NCBI GenBank assembly: GCA_951406725.2
Contig: OX597831.1
Span: 49,414,001 to 49,478,000, forward strand
Length of the DNA: 64,000 nucleotides
Source: Octopus vulgaris
Lineage: Eukaryota
Reading direction: 5' to 3'
The notes under the pieces were generated by a model, which saw only the letters and a list, made by a program, of their open reading frames with translations, had not been told where the DNA came from and ran no database searches. Positions 55,155 to 64,000 of the stretch are shown in pieces. How positions within the stretch are numbered: position 1 is the stretch's first letter; each line of letters begins with the position of its first letter. Made by a program: the position numbers and the translations under genes.

Positions 55155-55905
55155 GTTATTTTATTACACATATGTGAGTGAGAACACTTTGAGATATTTT
55201 TGGTATCTAACATATGTCAGATACTGCGAGCGCTGCTTCTGATTGGTCAATCCATGGTGATGACCCGAGGTCACGGTGACGGCACTACTTTTGTCATTCA
55301 TAAGTTACAACTAAACTTCATTCATTACTTTCACGAGCAGGTAGAATGTAGCCATGTAATTAGATAAACATACTATCTTTTTTATACCAGATATCACTTA
55401 AAGTCATATACAGATAAAATATAAACATTTCTGGTGGTAATTCAATTTTTTGTTGCCAAAAAAATCACAACATATTTCGTCTGCTCGTCGATACTCTTGC
55501 AGTGCAGGTAGATCTATCAACAAGATGGCTACTGTTGTCGATATCAAGGTGAATGATTGTGTTAAGATTGATGGTAAAGATGGGGGAAGAGTGTTATCTG
55601 TTGTTCAACCTCTTGGAACATACAGAATGTTCAAAGTGAAGATCAATACTGACCAAGTTCGACTGAAAACTTAGCGCTATAAAGTTGGACTATATTCCTG
55701 CGGCATGACATATTTTACAGTCACACATTGTGACGTCACTGACGTGAAATCAAGCTGTATTCATGCGCGCTTCAACACGATGTGAAGAATTTAGTTATTG
55801 GGTTAATAAAATATGGTCGTTTATTCGTGTGTAATAATTACCAAACTCATTGCCTATGGATACTGTATTTATTACAACTCGTGGCTTGTAAACGTATCTA
55901 ACTCG
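55155..55905 (+). mobile_element. Possible non-autonomous Crypton-like element with a short ORF remnant
   Basis: Termini TTTTATTACAC...GTGAG and AATAAAATA...TTTATTACAACTCGTG; CTGATTGGTC box; CAAGATGGC start of MATVVDIKVNDCVKIDGKDGGRVLSVVQPLGTYRMFKVK. Family call is from recollection only. Confidence 0.35.
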
Positions 55906-56157
55906 CAGTAGCTATCTTCAGCTGAATACACGTCGTTGATTGGTTGAAATTACTCGAATACGACAACTTTAACACGAAATAACTTCTAAAATAGGACATT
56001 TTGTCAAAAACTTGAGAGTAAATCGTGTTCTACGTGAGAAATTCTATCAGTATTCGAAGTTTCAAAACTGTTAAAAAAAAATGAATTAAAAAATCTGTGA
56101 TTGAGATGGAATAGATCCTTCGTTTGCCTCCCGGACGCTTACTAAAAGGAATACTCT

Positions 56158-56245
<88 letters not shown>

Positions 56246-56246
56246 A

Positions 56247-56280
<34 letters not shown>

Positions 56281-56290
56281 CTTACCTACC

Positions 56291-56520
56291 TATTTCTTTA
56301 CTACCCACAAGGGGCTAAACACAGAAGGAACAAACAAGGACAGACAAACGGATTATGTCGATTATATGGATTCCAGTGCGTAACTGGCACTTATCTAATC
56401 AACCCCGAAAGGATGAAAGGCAAAGTCGACCTCGGCGGAATTTGAACTCAGAACGTAACAGCAGACGAAATACTGCTAAGCAGTTCGCCCAGCGTGCTAA
56501 CGTTTCTGCCAACTCGCCGC
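56291..56520 (-). mobile_element. SINE family A inside (TCTA)/(CCTA) microsatellite
   Basis: Matches 25077-25303. Confidence 0.88.
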
Positions 56521-56624
56521 CTACCTACCTACCTACCTACCTACCTACCTACCTACCTACCTATCTACCTACCTACCTACCTACCTATCTATCAATCTAT
56601 CTATCTGTCTGTCTATCTATCTAA

Positions 56625-56668
<44 letters not shown>

Positions 56669-57498
56669 ATTTATATATATATATAAATATCTCACTAAAA
56701 AGAATATTCTTTACACTTGCGCTCACGCACGTACACACACACATACACACACACACACACACATATATATATGTATGTATGCATGCATGCATGTATGTAT
56801 GTATGTATGTATGTATGTATGTATGTATGTATGTATGTATGTATGTATGTATGTATGTATGCATGCATGCATGCATGTATGTATGTATGTATGTATGTAT
56901 GTATGTATGTATGTATGTATGTATGTATGTATGTAGGTAGGTAGGTAGATAGGTAGGTAGGCAGGCAAGCAGGCAGATCGGCAGGCAGGCAGTTATGTAG
57001 GTATGATTTCATCTGTAAAATTCCTTCACAACAAAATGATCGGTCCTGGGTTACAGGCATTGGGACTGAATCTAAATCCACGTGCTTTTAGTTGTCGTGT
57101 TATGTTGTATGCATCATAGGACACATTTATAACCTGTGATTTGTCGTTTTAACAACTTGCGTTAAGGTGGTCAATTTCAGCAATCATGTTTATCAAGTCG
57201 ACTGGTAGATAAACATAATTGTGGATTGTCTATTTATAGATGAACTTGCGCGTTGTATTTGTCGTGTCCATTATAAACCGCTTAAAACTATTTAATTGCT
57301 GTCAAAGGATTTTTCCTGTTTAGCAAAATCAACGTTGGGAGGCATCTTTACTTGTAATATTCTCACACACCATACTCTCACTTAATACCTAACACTTGAC
57401 CTAGAAGCTAACCAACAAGAGAGAAAGGTGGCCTACAACTTAGTAAAAATAACAGCCAGATTTTCTCTCATCTCACACCTCAACCCCCTACTCATTAT

Positions 57499-58699
57499 CT
57501 TAGGTGAACAGAGACTCGAGAAGTTAAATGCTATTCTATTCCCAGGCCTCCGCAGCTAGTAAGAATTTCCATCGACATGAGTTTTTAGCTTAACAGCTTA
57601 AGAACATAATTATTGCTTCCTATTACCGTTTAGCTCCCTCCCCACATATTCCCGACCTTGTGCATTTAGTAGAAAGGAAAGGATTATGAAGGAAAGGGCA
57701 TGTGAGACAATGTGATCTAAGGTACCATAAGGAAGCAGAAAGTTTCACTTGGACTGCTTTTTGATTTGAGGCTTATCAGTAACAAGCGCAACATCATCAA
57801 CACATACATGTATAGATGTATGGCCAACATCAACAGCAACGAAGATTTACTTACAGTATTCACCGTGATCGAGGAGGAATGGAAGGGAATCGTAAATCTC
57901 TCAATTTACCTTTCAGTCAACTGGTGTCTTAGACTGAACTGATTACAACACGCAAGGTACCTTGGTTCAAGAAATGTTAAGCATCCAAAAGGGTTGTAAT
58001 GCAAGCATTTTCACTGAATGTGATAATAGGGGAGGTATCTAGGAGTCATGACATGGATGCGGCTTCGGACCCTTTAGAGTGTAAGGTGTCATGTGGAGAA
58101 GGATGGCTTCTTACTAAATAGGACCGTATTTAGTCGGAAACTGTGAGGTGAAGTGAAATTCTCAGTTCGAAACAGCATTCCGTAATATTTTGCAAAGACG
58201 CGATGAATGCCTAGATAAAGCAGCGAATTAGCAGAGTCGTTAGAGCATTAGATAGAAAAAGGTTTTGCAGTATTAGTTGTGACCCTTGGAGTTCTGAGCT
58301 CAAATCCCACGGAGGTCAACTTCACTTTTAATCTGACAGGTAAGGTCCAAGATATTTTACAGTATCTCTTCAGGCTCCTTGCGTTCTGACAGCAACGTCT
58401 GCAACGAAGACATTATCAACAAGTTGTATATATAGATGTATGGTCAACATCAACTAATGGAGGCCTAATAGACACCTAAAATAAATCCCTGATCTACAAA
58501 CTACACTCAGCACTTAGGTGAACAGGGACTCGTGAAGTTAAATGCTATTCTATTCCCAGGCCTCCGCAGCTCGTAGGAATTTCCAACGTCATGAGTTTTT
58601 AGCTTAAGCTTAAGCACATAATCATTGCTTCCTGTTACCGATTATCCCCTTCCCCACATATTTCAGACCTTGTGCACTTAGTAGAAAGGAAAGGATTAT
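57499..58699. repeat. About 188-bp diverged direct repeats (57499-57687 and 58513-58699)
   Basis: CTTAGGTGAACAG.GACTCG.GAAGTTAAATGCTATTCTATTCCCAGGCCTCCGCAGCT...AGAAAGGAAAGGATTAT occurs twice. Confidence 0.9.
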
Positions 58700-59134
58700 C
58701 ATTAGTAAATAAATTTATATTTAACTAATCGTTCTATCAATGAATCAGATAGGTTTGTTAAAGTGATTTCATCGCTACTCGCTACCTCATACGCCCTCTC
58801 CATTCCAGGCAAAAGGCAATTCAGGAAAAACAATAACAACAATCAGGGTCTCATACAAAAGTTACAATGAAACAACTCATAATCATCTCGACACGCTAGA
58901 AGTATCAACCTAATCTTTCATGAATCATATCCAGCAATTATAATATATAAAAAAAATAATTACCCAAAACGAAAGCAGGACAGGATACATAAGATAATAC
59001 ATAGAATGTACTTGTTAGAGTACGAAGATATGAGAGTGATTCGCTGATTTGCTGTTGATCATGTATCTGCTTGATTAGGTTTATCATGGGACGAAGCTAT
59101 AACAAGAACAACAACAAAACGAATAATGACAACG

Positions 59135-59830
59135 GCGAAGGAGTGGCTGTGTGGTAAGTAGCGTGCTTAAGAACCACATGGTTCCGGGTTCAGTCCCCCT
59201 GCGTGCCACCTAGGGCAAGTGTCTTCTATTATAGCCTCGGGCCGACCAAAACCTTGTGAGTGAATTTGGTAGACGGAAACTGAAAGAAGCCCGTCGTATA
59301 CATGTATATATATATGTATATATATTTCTTTACTACCCACAAGGGGCTAAACATAGAGGGGACAAACAAGGACAGACAAAGGGATTAAGTCGATTACATC
59401 GACCCCAGTGCGTAACTGGTACTCAATTTATCGACCCCGAAAGGATGAAAGGCTAAAGTCGACCTTGGCGGAATTTGAACTCAGAACGAAGCGGCAGACA
59501 AAATACTGCTAAGCATTTCGCCTGGCGTGCTAACGATTCTGCTAGCTCACCGCCTTATATATGTATATATATGTATATATGTATATATATGTATATATGT
59601 ATGTGTGTGTGTATAAGTTTGTGTGTCTGTGATTGTACCCCCAACATCGCTTGACAACCGATGCTGGTGTGTTTACGTCCCCGAAACTTAGCGGTTCGGC
59701 AAAAGGGACCGATAGAATAAGTACTAGGCTTACAAAGAATAAGTCCTGGGGTCGATTTTTGCTCGACTAAAGGCGGTGCTCCAGTATGACCGCAGTCAAA
59801 TGACTGAAACAAGTAAAAGAGTAAAGAGAG
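59135..59830 (+). mobile_element. SINE family B with a minus-strand SINE family A (59325-59554) nested in its internal (TA)n
   Basis: B head 59135-59298, then A copy, then B tail 59620-59830. Confidence 0.9.
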
Positions 59831-60283
59831 TAACGGTTAGACAAACGAAATCAATGTTGCCAGTTGTGCTGACATGAGATGCTGAATTAGATATTTTAGA
59901 ATGAAAATCTCAGCGCATCAGGTGTTCAGAACGAAGATTTATTTGAAGAAATTCTTTGTCTAATATCAGTGTTTGGAGGAAAGGTTTGTTTATTTAAGCG
60001 TAAGTGTTAGGAGGGAAAGATTTGGAGACAGAGAGTTCTGTAGTTGTAGCATGTTTCAATAGTGAGCCTTAAGGGAGAAATAAAAAGAATGAGAGGGAGA
60101 GAGAGACAGGGTGGGAGAGAATGAGATGAAGGAAGTGTGAGTTCCGGTTTGGGGTACTGCGATATCGTACGTATGACAAAGGTAAGAAGATTGACACAAA
60201 ACGAATAAGCGTAATGAAAGGTCGGACTGCGACTAAGAAATTCAGAAGCAACTATTGGAGTAACAGTCGCAGGAGCAAATGGA

Positions 60284-60314
<31 letters not shown>

Positions 60315-60389
60315 CATACATACATACATACATACATACATACATACATTTGTAAGTATGTACATACAAATATATTCTTTGATCTTTTA

Positions 60390-60753
60390 TTATTTTATCT
60401 GTTTCAGTCATTTGACTGCGGCCATGTTGGAGCACCGTCTTTAGTCGAACAAATCGATCCCAGGAATAGTACTTATTCTATCGGCCCTTTTTTTTTACCG
60501 AACCGCTAAGTTACGGGGGCGTAAACACACCAAAATCTGTTGTCAAGCGATGGTGGACACGCACACACACACACACACACAAACATATACGACGGGATTC
60601 TTTCAGTTTCCGTCTGCCAAATCCACTCACAAGGCTTTGGTCAGCCTGTGGCTATAGTAGAAGACACTTGCCCGAGGCGCCACGCAGTGGGACTGAACCC
60701 GAAATCATGTGGTTGGTAAGCATGCTACTTACCACACAGCCACTCCTACGCCT
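60390..60753 (-). mobile_element. SINE family B
   Basis: Ends ...ACCACACAGCCACTCCTACGCC. Confidence 0.88.
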
Positions 60754-60811
60754 ACATACATATATATATAATAATAGGAGAGAGAAGGGCAGAGAGAGAA
60801 GACGAAGGTTC

Positions 60812-60851
<40 letters not shown>

Positions 60852-61104
60852 GAGAGAGGAAGAGAATGTGAGAGGACTGCGATCTCTAGTGAGTACTTTG
60901 TATAGAGTTCAGAATACTGCGATATCACGTGTATGAGGAAAAGATAGGCGATTGGTGCACAACGATTGAGATTAATGCATGATGGAACTGAGTTCCAAAA
61001 TTCAGAAGAGGAGTCACTATAGCACAATGATAGACGCGGTTGGGAGATAGATATAGATATATAAAATGACAGCAATAGCTAGATTAAAGGTAAGAGATAA
61101 ATAA

Positions 61105-61536
61105 AAATAAATGCGCGTTTTTAAAGCCTAGCCAGGCTCATGGGCCCGGTTTCCCGGTTTTAATGACCTATGTGTTCACCAGCTGGTTGGGACGCCAGCC
61201 CATCGCAGTGTTACTCATTTTTGCCAACTGAGTGGACTGGAGCAACATGAAATACAGTGTTTTGCTGAAGAACACAAACGCGTCGCCTAGTCCAGGAATC
61301 GGTTTGGGTGTCAGCATCATGGTCATAAGATTGTGGTTTCGATTCCTGGACCGAACGACGCGTTGTGTTCTTGAGCAAAACACTTCATTTCACGTTGCTC
61401 CAGTCCACTCAGCTGGCAAAAATGAGTAACGCTGCGATGAACTGGCGTCTCGTCCAGCTGAGGAACACATACACCATTGAAACCGGGAAACTGAGGCCAT
61501 TGAGCCTGGCTAGGCTTTAAAAGGGCGCATCTATTT
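61105..61536. mobile_element. Head-to-head inverted pair of SINE family D (V-domain-like) sharing one tRNA-like head
   Basis: Arm 61105-61300 is the reverse complement of 61341-61536. The 40-nt spacer is a partial tRNA head (GGTTTGGGTGTCAGC...GGTTTC). Arms contain GCGATG.ACTGGCGTC.CGTCCAG...GAAACCGGGAAAC. Confidence 0.85.
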
Positions 61537-62617
61537 ATTTATTTAAACATAAGATAGTAGGATGTGAAGTAACCACGAGTTGGCGTCGAATTCGCTGAAT
61601 CATTAATGCGTCAAATGGTTTGTAGTGTATATATTTTGACACCTGGTGTTCTGAGTTCGGATGGTCAACTTTGCTGTTTATCTTTCTGGGTTCAGTAAAT
61701 ATATTTCTAATCTTGTGCGATAAAAAAGTAATACTGTTAGAACATCGGATGACCTCCCTTGAGAAATTTCTTCAAGCTCTTTGCATTCTGAGTAGAAATT
61801 CAGCCATGATTCCCTTTAATTGGAGACTTGACATAGATTTAATCCGACGATCGGTTTAACACCACTATCTGGCCGTTAGGTGTCTTTAGCAAGTTCCACT
61901 CTGATGCTAGCAAATGGATAAAATTTCCGATTCCAGGATAACTCTTATTCTTGACTCTCGGAAAACGATGCATGGCTAAGCAAAACAGAAAATGGAAGAT
62001 TTGGCTTCAGCTTCTTGCAAATCGATCACGGTTGCTCATTCTTTGACTCGTTGGAGCTCTTATTGTTGGGTAGATGCTTGGAAACTAATATCGTTTTTTT
62101 ATTGCTCTAGATAGAATCGGTGGCCATTACGCACACACACACACAAGCAATAATATTTATGGAGACGACTTAAGGAAAATGTAAACGGAAAGGAGAAACA
62201 AAAGCAAAGACACTCACTATCAAATGAATGTTTCTTGTTTATGAAGTATCAGGGGATTATGAATAGGAAAAAAAATACGAACAAAGAGAAGAAAAGAAGA
62301 GTTTTCTTTTAGATTGTGGTGAATGTTTGTTCAATATACCTGAGTGATTTTCGTTTATAATAATGGAAATGATTAAGCCATTTTTTTTTTTGCATCAGAG
62401 AAATCGTTTCCATAAACACTACGAAAGACAACTTAGCAATAGACAACTGTGAACATGAAGACAAATACACTTATAAAATATTTATGCGTCCGCAAACTCA
62501 TACTCACACATACTCTTAGACACACACATACTCTTAGACACACACATATTTATACACAAATATGCAGACACACACAAATATACAGATATAAGTGTGTGAG
62601 TGTATGTGTGTGTGTGT

Positions 62618-62655
<38 letters not shown>

Positions 62656-62784
62656 GTGTGTGTGTGTGTGTGTTTGTGTGTCTGTGTGCATGTGTGTGTG
62701 CGAACGTATTCCTTTTGCCATCTAATGCAAAAATATTTATATATTTATATGCCGAAATATTTCATATTACAAACTGACTTATGC

Positions 62785-62960
62785 CTCCCTCTCTCTATTT
62801 CTCTCTCTCTCTCTCTCTTCCTCCTTTCTCTTTCTCTCACTTTCTGTCTCTCTCACCCATCTCTCTCTGTTCTCTCTCTCACCCTCTCTTTCTCACTTTT
62901 TCTCTCTTTCCCCTCTCTCTTTTTCTCTCTCTCTTCCTCTCTCTCTTTCTCTCTGTTTTT

Positions 62961-62991
<31 letters not shown>

Positions 62992-63010
62992 GTTTTTCTC
63001 TCTCTCTCAT
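62785..63010. repeat. Polypyrimidine (CT-rich) low-complexity tract
   Basis: Visible. Confidence 0.9.
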
Positions 63011-63156
63011 ACACGCAATATACACAAGCACCTATACACAGAAAAATACCAATGCATTTGCTTTTATCTCTTTTACTGTACGCGTACACCCTACAAATAT
63101 ACATATACAATCACACATACACAGGCACACATATACACGCTCACTCACACGTACAT

Positions 63157-63226
<70 letters not shown>

Positions 63227-64000
63227 CCGCTAATATGTTGCATGCACACGTGTGAGTATCAGTGCGTGTGTCTGTGTATGTGTGTTAGTGGTGGAAGAGT
63301 AAGCTAGATAGTTCGTTGGATGGACGGTTATTAAGAGCTGTAGAAAAGAAAAAGATGAAGAGGAGGAACGATAAGGAAACAAAGTGATATTTACGCATCC
63401 ATTCTCTCTCCTTTTATTTAGAGTGTCTTTCGTATCTAGCAATTTGTCAGAAGATCTAACAGTAAGAGCAAATGTCATCTAGGTTTCTTCACATTCTGGC
63501 AGTTTTATGAGGCAGAATCGATTCGATATTGTGCATTATCCATTTGTGCCTCGTCCTCAGCTTACCGCTCTGACGATAATGTCTACTTAAACTTCCGAGA
63601 GCAATTTTGTCTTGTTGATCTAAATGCATCGACAAAGAAACATTTAACGGAAAGATATTAGCCGCAGAGGAATTTCTCTCTATCTGGAGCCGCCAAAGAA
63701 GCTATGTAATCATTCGATTTGCTATAAATAGTCACCAAACAACCCTCAAATTAAATTATGCATTCAACATTCGTATCTACGTGTATTCTTGAGGATGAGG
63801 AGTTAATTTATTTGAAAAACATCTAAAACTAGATTATGTACTTTGTGAACAATAAGGCTATTGGTTATGGGGTTTCAAATGTCTAAACGTTGGCTCATTG
63901 GATTTCTGAGACGAGAGAGACACGTTTGTTGTGTGCATGTGTGTTTGCACCTTTGTGTGTGGGTGTGGATGTGCATGTGTGCGTGTGTCTGTGTGTGCGT

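Noticed and set aside
60100-61080. Two decayed LINE-like 3' fragments (H.YDIAV, SSE...VP) on the minus strand
   Set aside because: Similarity is too weak and frameshifted to call a family by eye.

Overview
AT-rich, microsatellite-saturated eukaryotic non-coding DNA (intergenic or a very large intron). The repeat content, with four abundant tRNA-derived SINE families and extreme (TA)/(CA)/(TATG)/(TCTA) density, suggests an octopus or other coleoid cephalopod; this is inference from repeat style, not a database match. I find no supportable host protein-coding exon, and almost all ORF-track entries are translated microsatellites. The window is a graveyard of mobile elements: Tc1/mariner relics (DD34D, DD37D, DD41D), Tc2- and Tigger-like MITEs, Helitrons, RLE-type non-LTR fragments (CRE-like, R4/Dong-like) and Penelope-like (GIY-YIG, Naiad-like) remnants. 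The most interesting signal is a set of short inserts sitting in (TA)n/(CA)n tracts that carry minimal type-I hammerhead ribozyme motifs, often as fold-back (inverted) structures. The best example is 28775-28812 on the minus strand. They co-occur with a Naiad-like Penelope remnant that could be their mobiliser. Other notable structures are a fully palindromic DD41D transposon, an 84-bp spacerless palindrome, head-to-head SINE hairpins, a template-switch scar, and an R4-like LINE tied to (ATAC)n. Element boundaries were read by eye and are approximate unless TIRs or TSDs are quoted.
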